Part shown: piece by piece, positions 19,094-26,662 of the stretch | How the letters are laid out: each line of letters opens with the position of its first letter | How positions within the stretch are numbered: position 1 is the stretch's first letter | Origin: a virus | Strand: one strand, 5' to 3' | IMG/VR virus record: IMGVR_UViG_3300020468_000003 | Coordinates: 32,001 to 96,000 of that record | DNA length: 64,000 nt | Translations under genes and position numbers: made by a program | Notes under the pieces: generated by a model | Seen by the model: only the letters and a program-made list of their open reading frames with translations | Database searches by the model: none | What the model was told of the DNA's origin: nothing

Positions 19094-19516
19094 TCATACT
19101 GCGAACCTCTTCTTTCCATGGTAGAAGTTGTATTCTCTGCACATGGTTCTAACCTGTAGATCTGTATCCCATTCTGTATCCTCTGGAAATAGGTTGTCTA
19201 ACGTTCTGATTCTGCTGATCTTCTGCCAGACTGAAGAGGTGCTATGCTTAGTGTTTGGAAACTCAGAAAAGAATACTGCTCTTGCTGATTCCATGTCCGC
19301 ATGGTTCAGTAGGTACGCATTTAATAGGCACTCTGTCTCAGCATCTGTATAAGGTGTCTTTTTCTTAGATGCTGTTCTTTTAGCGTCCTCTAAAAGTTTT
19401 CTTCCGTGCTTGAATAGCAGTCTGTCTGCTCTCTCAAAGTTGTGTAGTCCTAAGTACTTAACCTGTTCCTTAAGTTCGTTGAATGTGTCGATTGCTAACT
19501 GGTCTGTTGAGTTCAT
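19094..19516 (-). CDS. Hypothetical protein with possible Myb/SANT-like helical domain
   Basis: 140 aa; PYTDAETECLLNAY...FPNTKHSTSSVWQKISRI resembles Myb-like repeats; TATAAT and hairpin upstream. Confidence 0.5.
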   Translation of the reverse strand: MNSTDQLAIDTFNELKEQVKYLGLHNFERADRLLFKHGRKLLEDAKRTASKKKTPYTDAETECLLNAYLLNHADMESARAVFFSEFPNTKHSTSSVWQKISRIRTLDNLFPEDTEWDTDLQVRTMCREYNFYHGKKRFAV

Positions 19517-19586
19517 AATGTTTGTTTGTGTATACTACAATTATAAAGGATAAAGGGGGTACTTGTAAACCCCCGAAAGGAAAATA

Positions 19587-19763
19587 TTAATCTTTGTCTG
19601 TATATTCTCCTTCTACAACTCTATTACCGTTAAGAGCATACCAGACTAACTGAGCATGTCCGAACTGTTGTGCCATGTCGTAACATAGGTCGAATCCGAA
19701 GTCATTTGTAACTTCTTCTTTAATATCTGTATTTGGAACTTCGATGAATTTTTGAATGAACAT
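19587..19763 (-). CDS. Small hypothetical protein (58 aa)
   Basis: Hand-translated MFIQKFIEVPNTDIKEEVTNDFGFDLCYDMAQQFGHAQLVWYALNGNRVVEGEYTDKD*; lies downstream of the promoter element at 19801. Confidence 0.7.
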   Translation of the reverse strand: MFIQKFIEVPNTDIKEEVTNDFGFDLCYDMAQQFGHAQLVWYALNGNRVVEGEYTDKD

Positions 19764-19800
19764 AATTTTTAAATTTGTTTTGAACTTTGTTTATACTTCT

Positions 19801-19863
19801 ATTATAAACAATTTTTTGTCTCTTTTGGGAAAATAGTGGACAGTTTGTTCGACTGTCCACTAC
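19801..19863 (-). promoter_or_regulatory. Early-promoter element copy 1 (TATAAT plus perfect palindrome TAGTGGACAGT-N7-ACTGTCCACTA)
   Basis: -10 at 19801-19806; 11-bp perfect inverted repeat at 19834-19862. Confidence 0.8.
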
Positions 19864-19867
19864 TGGT

Positions 19868-20158
19868 CTATCTTAGGTGTGCGTAGTTTCCTGCGGGATG
19901 TGGATTTGATTTAGTGTAACCAAATGAACTGAAAAACTGATCAAGTAGTTTGTAATCTAATTCCTGATTGAGTTCCCATTCCATTCTGCCATTCTTCTCA
20001 ATCCTTTTACCAGAGTAAAGTTCAACTTTGGCGATTGCTTGTACTCCCCATTCTTGAATCTCATCAACGAAAGTTGAGAAGTCTTCGCATAATTCTGCTA
20101 CGTCGTTAAAGTTGTCTACTTCTCTGATTCTGTTGATTAGTCTTTCTGTTTGATTCAT
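19868..20158 (-). CDS. Hypothetical early protein
   Basis: 96 aa; AGGAG SD and promoter element upstream. Confidence 0.75.
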   Translation of the reverse strand: MNQTERLINRIREVDNFNDVAELCEDFSTFVDEIQEWGVQAIAKVELYSGKRIEKNGRMEWELNQELDYKLLDQFFSSFGYTKSNPHPAGNYAHLR

Positions 20159-20186
20159 GGATGGATCTCCTTTTGTTTATACTACT

Positions 20187-20242
20187 ATTATAAACACTAT
20201 TCCCCCAGAAAAGGGGGTTTAGTGTGCACTTTGTTAACTGTC
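20187..20242 (-). promoter_or_regulatory. Early-promoter element copy 2
   Basis: TATAAT 20187-20192; CCCCC/GGGGG hairpin; box AGTGTGCACT-N-AACTGTC. Confidence 0.75.
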
Positions 20243-20416
20243 TACTTGAGAGCATGCATAATCCCAAGGTGCGGGTTCGCATATTTTTTCAATCAGTGTG
20301 TCAAAGTCATTTTCTGATTCTGCGTCAACCCATCCATTCTCTATAAAAAATTGTCCCATTTTTACGAGGACTGATTCCTCTGCTTCAGTCATTGTCAATT
20401 CACGTTCCCATTTCAT
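20234..20416 (-). CDS. Small acidic hypothetical protein
   Basis: 60 aa; ends ...VDS* inside the promoter box. Confidence 0.65.
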   Translation of the reverse strand: MKWERELTMTEAEESVLVKMGQFFIENGWVDAESENDFDTLIEKICEPAPWDYACSQVDS

Positions 20417-20577
20417 GATTCAATCTCCAAAGAATTAATAAAGTTTGTACAATAACGATTAAATCGTGTAAGAGATTCAAACGGTATTTGGTCGTCTTCT
20501 TCACCGACGTAGTAAAAAAGTTTGTTAATGTCGCTCTGAAAAGTCTCCAGAGCGATTTCGTTTTTAGTGTAACTCAT
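20413..20577 (-). CDS. Small hypothetical protein (54 aa)
   Basis: Hand-translated MSYTKNEIALETFQSDINKLFYYVGEEDDQIPFESLTRFNRYCTNFINSLEIES*; ATGA overlaps at both ends. Confidence 0.7.
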   Translation of the reverse strand: MSYTKNEIALETFQSDINKLFYYVGEEDDQIPFESLTRFNRYCTNFINSLEIES

Positions 20578-20792
20578 ACCAGTGAATCCAGTCTGGACTG
20601 TGGAATTTCTTTTCCATCTCTAGCACCCCACTTGTTGATATGGCGTGAAGTTGTTACTGACCAAAACTGCTCTGTTTTTACGAATCCTTCACCGAAGATG
20701 TAAGCAGCAACAGGTGTGCGGTATGAAAACAAAATTCTTGCTTCTTTTGTTTCAACCTCGGTCATGTTTGATGCGATTGGTGTGAGTTGCAT
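20574..20792 (-). CDS. Conserved phage early hypothetical protein (FSY.TPVAA...S.TTSRHINKW type)
   Basis: 72 aa; AGGAG SD; motif recurrent in small phage early proteins. Confidence 0.75.
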   Translation of the reverse strand: MQLTPIASNMTEVETKEARILFSYRTPVAAYIFGEGFVKTEQFWSVTTSRHINKWGARDGKEIPQSRLDSLV

Positions 20793-20818
20793 TGATGCTC
20801 CTTTTTGTGTATATGTTT

Positions 20819-20874
20819 ATTATAATAGAAAACCCCCAGTGAATGGGGGTTGAGTGGACACTTATTTAACTGTC
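20819..20874 (-). promoter_or_regulatory. Early-promoter element copy 3
   Basis: TATAAT 20819-20824; AACCCCC/GGGGGTT hairpin with T-tract; box GTGGACACTTATTTAACTGTC. Confidence 0.8.
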
Positions 20875-21032
20875 TACTTGAGACCTGCTAATAATTCATC
20901 ATTCTTTCTTCTGAGTTCTTTTAACTCCGCACGATTAAAACGACGATAATCAATTTCGGTTGCAATTGCCATGCCTACCGTATATAATGCATAGCAGCCG
21001 CCAACTAATATTAAAAGTTCAATTCCTGTCAT
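20874..21032 (-). CDS. Small membrane protein
   Basis: MTGIELLILVGGCYALYTVGMAIA is a hydrophobic N-terminus; start trimmed from the ORF track; AGGAGG SD upstream. Confidence 0.65.
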   Translation of the reverse strand: MTGIELLILVGGCYALYTVGMAIATEIDYRRFNRAELKELRRKNDELLAGLK

Positions 21033-21100
21033 TTTTGGGTTCCTCCTTGGGAAGTTGTTGTTGTTTGTAATTTTTAAGAAGTTCTGCGTAAACTTCTGGA

Positions 21101-21385
21101 TCAAGCGGTTGCATAAGACCTCCCGAATCTTTCGGCATAATATCCGATATTTACATAGTCCCTTTTAAGGGTGCATATCTGGGTAATGTCTGCCAGTGCT
21201 AAAAGATGGTCGGGTGTGTAAACTGATGGATCGTCCCATTCAGAAACCGCAACTGCATTTTCAACGTCCATAGTTGTACGTCCGAGTTCGTCCGTAACTG
21301 CGGGACAACTCATAAGAAGTCCATCTTCAGCAATCCAGAATCCCATTCCGAAAGAGTGTGAGTAATGAATTTCAGGTTTTGGCAT
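21101..21385 (-). CDS. Hypothetical early protein
   Basis: Start MPKPEIH preceded by GGAGG; promoter element upstream. Confidence 0.7.
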   Translation of the reverse strand: MPKPEIHYSHSFGMGFWIAEDGLLMSCPAVTDELGRTTMDVENAVAVSEWDDPSVYTPDHLLALADITQICTLKRDYVNIGYYAERFGRSYATA

Positions 21386-21407
21386 TTGCCTCCGTGTGTA
21401 TGTCTTA

Positions 21408-21465
21408 ATTATAGTACCCATTAACAACGAATGGGAAAGTAGTGGACACTTTAACCAACTGGCAC
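21408..21465 (-). promoter_or_regulatory. Early-promoter element copy 4
   Basis: TATAAT 21408-21413; CCCATT/AATGGG hairpin; box GTGGACACT-N-AACTGGCAC. Confidence 0.78.
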
Positions 21466-22377
21466 AAAGCGACCACTATTAAAATTTGCGTATGAGAAAA
21501 TATGTCTATAAACTAATTTGTGCATACCGAACTTATTCGTCATTACGAATCCTTCGCCTATGTGCTTGTCATAACCTAAGTATGCTTGAACTGGATCGCT
21601 GTGAGTCAATCTGCTCATAACGTCCGCTTTAGTTTCTTGAACTAACTTCCAGTAGTTTATCAACCTTCCATGAATCCCGTAGTTAACGGGATCCACTTCT
21701 TTCCCTTCCCTATAGTCTTTATTTATTTGTTTCTTTAACTCTTTAGCGGTTTTATTATCTACGAACTGGATCCCCTTCGCCATATGTCTAATGAAATCAA
21801 TAGACGGTTTTAAGTTAGATATTGGATCGTTTTCTCTCTCCTTGACTTCTGCTCTGATGAATAAACAGTCGTCCATCTTTTCCCAGTTGTAATAATATGG
21901 AAAAGATTTCATAGGGTGTGCTTCAGCATTTGCAAGATTGTCTGTGCACTGTGTGGTGATGTATTGCGTGTGAGGTGCAATAATGATCTTTTGATCTACC
22001 ACGTCAGGGAATTTATATGTTAAGGTATTAGGTTTGTATTCATCAGAACCACCAAAACCAATAAAGTCCCCCTGAAAAACCATATAACCTAGATGGTGTG
22101 GTATGTGGTCGAAACACGCATGAAGAATTTTTGCAACTTCTCCTGTGTGATTTGCGTCAATATCCTTGTGTGAGTAATTGATCTTGATTTTGATCTTGTT
22201 AAAGACGCTTTTAGTACCCACGAAAAATCTGTGAGTCTTTGGATGATTACCCCATACAACTGCGGGTGCACCATCATATTTTAATGAGATGTTCCCACCA
22301 CCAGTAAACCAATCTAGCACGGATAAATCCCCTGTTAGGATTGTGTCTTCTGGATGTTCTAGGTGTGTGTTTTTCAT
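21451..22377 (-). CDS. DUF6267-like protein with ATP-dependent ligase-type nucleotidyltransferase motifs
   Basis: 308 aa; HLEHPED, KYDGAP (KxDG), FQGDF, GEGFV, HKLVYR..FS.ANF. Confidence 0.65.
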   Translation of the reverse strand: MKNTHLEHPEDTILTGDLSVLDWFTGGGNISLKYDGAPAVVWGNHPKTHRFFVGTKSVFNKIKIKINYSHKDIDANHTGEVAKILHACFDHIPHHLGYMVFQGDFIGFGGSDEYKPNTLTYKFPDVVDQKIIIAPHTQYITTQCTDNLANAEAHPMKSFPYYYNWEKMDDCLFIRAEVKERENDPISNLKPSIDFIRHMAKGIQFVDNKTAKELKKQINKDYREGKEVDPVNYGIHGRLINYWKLVQETKADVMSRLTHSDPVQAYLGYDKHIGEGFVMTNKFGMHKLVYRHIFSYANFNSGRFVPVG

Positions 22378-22383
22378 ACCTTT

Positions 22384-22442
22384 ATTATAACGAATAAAAG
22401 ACCCTCTGTGTAGAGGGTGTGTGACACTTAATTAACTGTCAT
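22384..22442 (-). promoter_or_regulatory. Early-promoter element copy 5 (probably gives a leaderless transcript)
   Basis: TATAAT 22384-22389, only 6 nt before the ATG at 22377; ACCCTCT/AGAGGGT hairpin; box TGTGACACTTAATTAACTGTCA. Confidence 0.78.
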
Positions 22443-22614
22443 AATCCGAGCCATCATATTCGCCTTCATAGTTATCATCGTAAATACGAACGGCTAACTC
22501 CGCATCTTGGCTTAATTTAATCCCTGCTCTATCAAGTGCTTCCCAAATCTTGTTAGAAATGTGGCTGTGTTCGTCTTCGGGGATATGTTGAAAAAGGTTT
22601 AAGTAGTTTTCCAT
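22432..22614 (-). CDS. Small acidic hypothetical protein
   Basis: 60 aa; ends ...YDS* inside the promoter box. Confidence 0.65.
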   Translation of the reverse strand: MENYLNLFQHIPEDEHSHISNKIWEALDRAGIKLSQDAELAVRIYDDNYEGEYDGSDYDS

Positions 22615-22889
22615 TAGAATTGCTCCCTCCTATCGTGGATAAATTCTTGCAATTCTTCATACGCACCTTCTTGATCTAATACCATAGGTGCAAGAAATTC
22701 ATACAAGTTTTCATCATAATCATCAATCTCATCTCTGATTTCATCCTCCGTGCATCTGTTCAATTCGGCAAGATAAGTTGTACGAATCCAGTCTGCCATT
22801 TGTTCGGTGTTCATATCGTTGATATAAAATTCAACGAATTCTTCCCTTAAGTCTTGGATTTGCTCTGCTGAAAATAATGATGTAATCAT
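22614..22889 (-). CDS. Acidic helical protein, paralogue family A
   Basis: L.E.FVE.YI.DM.T..M pattern shared with the ORFs at 22886 and 24192. Confidence 0.7.
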   Translation of the reverse strand: MITSLFSAEQIQDLREEFVEFYINDMNTEQMADWIRTTYLAELNRCTEDEIRDEIDDYDENLYEFLAPMVLDQEGAYEELQEFIHDRREQF

Positions 22890-23131
22890 AGTTCTAAAAG
22901 TTTTAAATTGAATGGTTTTAATTTATCATCGAAGAAATCTTCTCCTCCGAAATCTATCATTTCCCCGAATGCACCCTCTTGCCCATCAACAATTTTAATA
23001 TTTTCAAGGTTGTGGTGTAGATTGTCTCTTACATATTCTCTGAGTTGATTAACTTCCATATCTTCTACGAAGTCGTTAACCCAACTACGAACCAACTCAT
23101 CATATTTGGACTGTACCAGTTCTAACTTCAT
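22886..23131 (-). CDS. Acidic helical protein, paralogue family A
   Basis: ELVRSWVNDFVEDMEVNQLREYV. Confidence 0.7.
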   Translation of the reverse strand: MKLELVQSKYDELVRSWVNDFVEDMEVNQLREYVRDNLHHNLENIKIVDGQEGAFGEMIDFGGEDFFDDKLKPFNLKLLEL

Positions 23132-23346
23132 GCTACCAACCCCTCTAGAACTAATTGTTGCTGTGGAATTTCTTCTTCTTTGATTTCTACAGTTTCATAA
23201 TCGAATTCTTCCCAATCAAAATCATAGTAATCCCAACCATTTTCTGCTTCCTCTTTGGCTTCTTCAAGACTACTTGCCTTAACTGTAAAGTACTCCATCT
23301 TAGTACATTTACGAGTTACATAAAACTCATGTTCATAAGGTTTCAT
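23128..23346 (-). CDS. Small acidic protein (V.A.S.EEA motif)
   Basis: 72 aa; FTVKASSLEEAKEEAE. Confidence 0.7.
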   Translation of the reverse strand: MKPYEHEFYVTRKCTKMEYFTVKASSLEEAKEEAENGWDYYDFDWEEFDYETVEIKEEEIPQQQLVLEGLVA

Positions 23347-23489
23347 TAGAACTGCCTCCAGTGGTAAGAATTTTCTCCGTTAATCTGTTTGATTAACGCA
23401 TCTGCCTTTGCCTGATCTTCTTTTAGGAAGTCGTCTGCAAATTTGATCAAGTCTAATAGTCCTTGAACATCTTTGTTTTTGTTGTCCAT
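23346..23489 (-). CDS. Small hypothetical protein (47 aa)
   Basis: Hand-translated MDNKNKDVQGLLDLIKFADDFLKEDQAKADALIKQINGENSYHWRQF*; first gene after element copy 6. Confidence 0.65.
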   Translation of the reverse strand: MDNKNKDVQGLLDLIKFADDFLKEDQAKADALIKQINGENSYHWRQF

Positions 23490-23513
23490 GTAGAACCCCT
23501 TGTGTATGTCTTA

Positions 23514-23570
23514 ATTATAGTACCCATTAAATACGAATGGGAAAAAAGTGGACAGTTGTTAAACTGTCCT
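23514..23570 (-). promoter_or_regulatory. Early-promoter element copy 6
   Basis: Nearly identical to copy 4 (TGTGTATGTCTTAATTATAGTACCCATTAA...ACGAATGGGAAA); box GTGGACAGTTGTTAAACTGTCC. Confidence 0.8.
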
Positions 23571-23999
23571 AGTTGTCTTTGGGATTTCTACGGGTTTCGT
23601 GTAGAATCCTGTAATCTTCCATGTCTCGTCGTCATGTGTGATGTCTGTTTCATACGCATGCCATTTACCTTTCAAGAAGATGTAAAGGAATTCGGAACCG
23701 CAGTCAATTTGTGCCAGTTCATCAAGATTTTTTGATAGGACTGGTCCCTCATCTTTCCCACCATAATATTCAACGTGACCTTCGCAATCCTCGAACTCTT
23801 CGGTTTCCTTGTTATACTTGCTTGTAGAAAAGCACGAAGACATATTGCCACCGTCGATGAGTTCGCGAACTGTCTCATCTGTGTTGTAGTGCTCTTCAAG
23901 AGTTACACCCAACCATTCAGGATATCCATCCCAGTGATGATAAACAGAAAGAATGGAATCATCTTGTAATACATAACCAATTCGTGAACGTGTTGACAT
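23559..23999 (-). CDS. Conserved phage hypothetical protein (MSTRS...YxHWDGYP family)
   Basis: 146 aa with SVYHHWDGYPEWLG. Confidence 0.75.
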   Translation of the reverse strand: MSTRSRIGYVLQDDSILSVYHHWDGYPEWLGVTLEEHYNTDETVRELIDGGNMSSCFSTSKYNKETEEFEDCEGHVEYYGGKDEGPVLSKNLDELAQIDCGSEFLYIFLKGKWHAYETDITHDDETWKITGFYTKPVEIPKTTRTV

Positions 24000-24020
24000 A
24001 ATGTTTTTAAAAAATGGATT

Positions 24021-24139
24021 GTAGAGGTACTTGCACCAGAGTAATTAACTACTGGGGTCGATCTCGACATTTCAAGAGTGGGACTAAGATGCATCTGCCC
24101 TGTTAAGGTGTCTCCCGCTTCACTATCTCTGCCCTCTAC
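24021..24139 (-). ncRNA. Putative structured 5' leader RNA (about 119 nt)
   Basis: Starts at the predicted TSS; closed by a GTAGAGG/CCTCTAC helix with internal hairpins. Confidence 0.45.
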
Positions 24140-24145
24140 TCTTAT

Positions 24146-24203
24146 ATAATAAACGATTTTGAGTCGTTTTCAATAAAAAGTGGACACTTATTTAACTGTC
24201 CAC
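24146..24203 (-). promoter_or_regulatory. Early-promoter element copy 7
   Basis: TATTAT 24146-24151; AAACGA/TCGTTT hairpin; box GTGGACACTTATTTAACTGTCCAC. Confidence 0.78.
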
Positions 24204-24434
24204 TCTTGATTTTTTGAAGTCGCATTTCATGTAGTCTTGGACTTCATCAATAACTTCACCGAAGTAATCACCCCAATAATCCTTCGCATCATTTAGAAAT
24301 TCATCGTCAGTTTGACCATCAACATATTTGTCCATGTCGTTGTGAACATACTCAACTAAATCTTTAGTGTCCATGTTATCAACATATCTCTCAACAAAGA
24401 AAGATTTGAGCTCATTAATTAAGGCTTTGTCCAT
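24192..24434 (-). CDS. Acidic helical protein, paralogue family A
   Basis: Start trimmed to MDKALINELKSFFVERYVDNMDTKDLVEYV; ends VDS* in the box. Confidence 0.7.
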   Translation of the reverse strand: MDKALINELKSFFVERYVDNMDTKDLVEYVHNDMDKYVDGQTDDEFLNDAKDYWGDYFGEVIDEVQDYMKCDFKKSRVDS

Positions 24435-24583
24435 TATCCCATTTCCTCCAATATTTGCTGTGCACGAACTCCTGCAACATACTGAGCATCTTCGCAATGT
24501 GGATCTAATCCTGCTTCTTCAATCTGTAATAGTAGATCTTCAAAGATTCCTTCTAGTAGTTCTTCGTTTGCTAGGCAACTCAT
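24434..24583 (-). CDS. Small acidic hypothetical protein
   Basis: MSCLANEELLEGIFEDL...; AGGAG SD. Confidence 0.7.
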   Translation of the reverse strand: MSCLANEELLEGIFEDLLLQIEEAGLDPHCEDAQYVAGVRAQQILEEMG

Positions 24584-24610
24584 TTTGATCTCCTTTGTTT
24601 GTATATTATT

Positions 24611-24666
24611 ATTATAAGTCCCCACTCTTACGAATGGGGATTTAGTGGACACTTTTTAAACTGTCC
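24611..24666 (-). promoter_or_regulatory. Early-promoter element copy 8
   Basis: TATAAT 24611-24616; TCCCCA/TGGGGA hairpin; box GTGGACACTTTTTAAACTGTCC. Confidence 0.8.
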
Positions 24667-25130
24667 TATAAGTACCCTGCAGATTCACATCCTGGTTCAT
24701 CATAGAACCACTGGATCGAAACTTTTTTATATTGTCGTTTCAGTTCAGAGGCAACGTCTTCGGGTGGAGCCCATGCTGTGTCGAAATGGATCTGGAAATA
24801 ATCCTCTTCGTCGTCTCCCCATTCGACTGCATCCTTACGAATGTCCCATTTAGTTCCCCAGTTATGAACATTCCAGTCGTACCATCTGTCATCATTTTTT
24901 CCATCTGGGAAGTAATAGGATTCATAGATGAGTTTGCCATCCTTATTAAATTCCTGCCTTAGAGATGGTAATTCACCTTTATCATTCGGCATTTTTTTCC
25001 AGTCTGGTGGTGGAATGATCTTGGCGAATGGATTGTCTTGAGAGAAAATTTCTCTGATCTCATTGATCTCTTGAACACTTTCTTCATCCCATCCAGATAC
25101 TGTTACTCGGTTACTGCACCAATTTGGCAT
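24666..25130 (-). CDS. DUF1281/YubB-like ferredoxin-fold protein
   Basis: MPNWCSN, WYDWNVHNWGTKW, FDTAWAPP, YDEPG motifs. Confidence 0.8.
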   Translation of the reverse strand: MPNWCSNRVTVSGWDEESVQEINEIREIFSQDNPFAKIIPPPDWKKMPNDKGELPSLRQEFNKDGKLIYESYYFPDGKNDDRWYDWNVHNWGTKWDIRKDAVEWGDDEEDYFQIHFDTAWAPPEDVASELKRQYKKVSIQWFYDEPGCESAGYL

Positions 25131-25360
25131 TAGTTTAACCTCCAGTCAATCTTAAGGTATTCTGGATCAGCATAGTTCATCAACTGTTCTGGTTCCATGT
25201 CGAATATGAATTCTTCCATGAAATATTGAACTGAGAAGTTCCCTAATTCTTCAGCACAACGAAAGACCATTCCGATCTGTTCATTGTTTAGACCTAGAAC
25301 ATCAATACAGTAAGAGATGTCCTTTTCAAGATCTGAAATTCTTTTGGAAGATTTTTTCAT
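25130..25360 (-). CDS. Hypothetical early protein
   Basis: 76 aa; SVQYFMEEFI. Confidence 0.7.
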   Translation of the reverse strand: MKKSSKRISDLEKDISYCIDVLGLNNEQIGMVFRCAEELGNFSVQYFMEEFIFDMEPEQLMNYADPEYLKIDWRLN

Positions 25361-25385
25361 AAAAACCCTGTTTGTGTATGTTCTT

Positions 25386-25442
25386 ATTATAAAGGCAAAA
25401 GGGGGTCATGTAACCCCCTAGTGGACACTTTTTTAACTGTCT
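25386..25442 (-). promoter_or_regulatory. Early-promoter element copy 9
   Basis: TATAAT 25386-25391; GGGGGT/ACCCCC hairpin; box GTGGACACTTTTTTAACTGTC. Confidence 0.8.
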
Positions 25443-25944
25443 ACCTTAAGTAAAGATATCCTCCTGCCCAATCTACGAAGTTTGGATCTAATAATTTTTG
25501 TAGATCCTTTGGTTCGCAAAATGAGAATCTAACGTGCTTTGTATGCGGTGCCTTCCATGATGCGGGTTTGTATACGTTACCTAGGATCGATGGATCCTTT
25601 CCTACGAATGCATGAACGCTACCGTCGCGATATTCATTCCTATCTTGAAAAGTGTCGAACTCTTCTTGAATGATTTTGTAATACTTCCTGCCTACCTCAT
25701 AACGAAATCTCATTAGATTCGCAGTCCCGTCTTTCATCGCGTCTAACTGTTGTTTCGCATAACTTGAAAGATCTTCGCGCTCTAACTCTAGATTTCTTGT
25801 TAAGGACCTCTTGTGGTAGATGCGATAATTCTCAGTAATTGCTCTACAATAATCTTTTATGTAAGATAAAAGAAACGTTTGATCCGTTTGCTTTACTGAT
25901 TTTCCAATGATAAAATCATTTTTGGATCCAATTACTTGTTGCAT
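25441..25944 (-). CDS. Conserved phage early protein (GRKYYKI...SVHAFV...YKPASWKAP family)
   Basis: Start trimmed to MQQVIG (downstream of element copy 10); motif widespread in phage early genes. Confidence 0.75.
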   Translation of the reverse strand: MQQVIGSKNDFIIGKSVKQTDQTFLLSYIKDYCRAITENYRIYHKRSLTRNLELEREDLSSYAKQQLDAMKDGTANLMRFRYEVGRKYYKIIQEEFDTFQDRNEYRDGSVHAFVGKDPSILGNVYKPASWKAPHTKHVRFSFCEPKDLQKLLDPNFVDWAGGYLYLR

Positions 25945-25965
25945 AAGATTTGTGTATGTAATACT

Positions 25966-26022
25966 AGTATAAAGTCCCCGCGCATGTAATGCTACGAAGG
26001 TTGTGCCACTATTTAAAGTGTC
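25966..26022 (-). promoter_or_regulatory. Early-promoter element copy 10 (variant)
   Basis: TATACT 25966-25971; box TGTGCCACTATTTAAAGTGTC. Confidence 0.65.
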
Positions 26023-26246
26023 TACCACATGTCATCTGGTGTGTCATATGATGTAAAATCAGTCAGCCGTTTTTCTTCTCCTGCTTCTAGAGGTACCGAG
26101 AAGTTAATTTCAAACTCGTCGCTGTAATCTTTATAGTTGGTGATTTCCACGGGACATTCATTCAACCATTCTTGAAACATCTCATATTTTGTTTTACGTG
26201 GTTTCTTACGCATTTCGTCGTACATTGCCTGTTGATAAGTTTTCAT
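26022..26246 (-). CDS. Hypothetical early protein
   Basis: 74 aa; ATGA-type overlap with the upstream ORF. Confidence 0.65.
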   Translation of the reverse strand: MKTYQQAMYDEMRKKPRKTKYEMFQEWLNECPVEITNYKDYSDEFEINFSVPLEAGEEKRLTDFTSYDTPDDMW

Positions 26247-26449
26247 TTAAGTTGTACCTCGTAGTCAATAAATTTGATGCACCATCCTGCTGATGCTGTG
26301 ATCTCTTCAATAAGATCGTCTTCATCATCCGCGTCCCAAACACCGAGTGCGAGATCCCGCAATTCGATTTCCTCATCGAATGTGAGTTTGAATCCGTTGG
26401 CATAATCGTCATCGTAATCAAACTCAATTTCTGTTACGTTAAATTTCAT
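26243..26449 (-). CDS. Very acidic small protein
   Basis: 68 aa; VWDADDEDDLIEEIT..GWCI. Confidence 0.7.
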   Translation of the reverse strand: MKFNVTEIEFDYDDDYANGFKLTFDEEIELRDLALGVWDADDEDDLIEEITASAGWCIKFIDYEVQLK

Positions 26450-26583
26450 CTCGTAATGATTTCCTGTAACGATGCAAGATCATCCCAAGTTTCATCATCT
26501 TCTTGAATGAATGGACAGTCCATTGCTCTGTCGAGTGCAGTACTGAAGCGATCTAGTTGCTCATCAGTAAGTTTGAAGTTCAT
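26446..26583 (-). CDS. Small acidic protein (45 aa)
   Basis: Hand-translated MNFKLTDEQLDRFSTALDRAMDCPFIQEDDETWDDLASLQEIITR*; GGAG SD. Confidence 0.7.
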   Translation of the reverse strand: MNFKLTDEQLDRFSTALDRAMDCPFIQEDDETWDDLASLQEIITR

Positions 26584-26605
26584 AGAAATCTCCGTGTATA
26601 AACTC

Positions 26606-26662
26606 ATTATAGACAAAAAAATCCCCCTTGCGGGGGACTAGTGGACAGTTTCTAGACTGGCA
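26606..26662 (-). promoter_or_regulatory. Early-promoter element copy 11
   Basis: TATAAT 26606-26611; TCCCCC/GGGGGA hairpin with T7 tract; box GTGGACAGTTTCTAGACTGGCA. Confidence 0.8.

Noticed and set aside
19540-19575. Fifteenth copy of the early element
   Set aside because: It has TATAAT and the GGGG/CCCC hairpin but no recognisable palindromic box, so it was not counted
24021-24139. tRNA or tmRNA gene
   Set aside because: No TTCGA T-loop, no canonical cloverleaf dimensions and no CCA end; kept only as a structured leader
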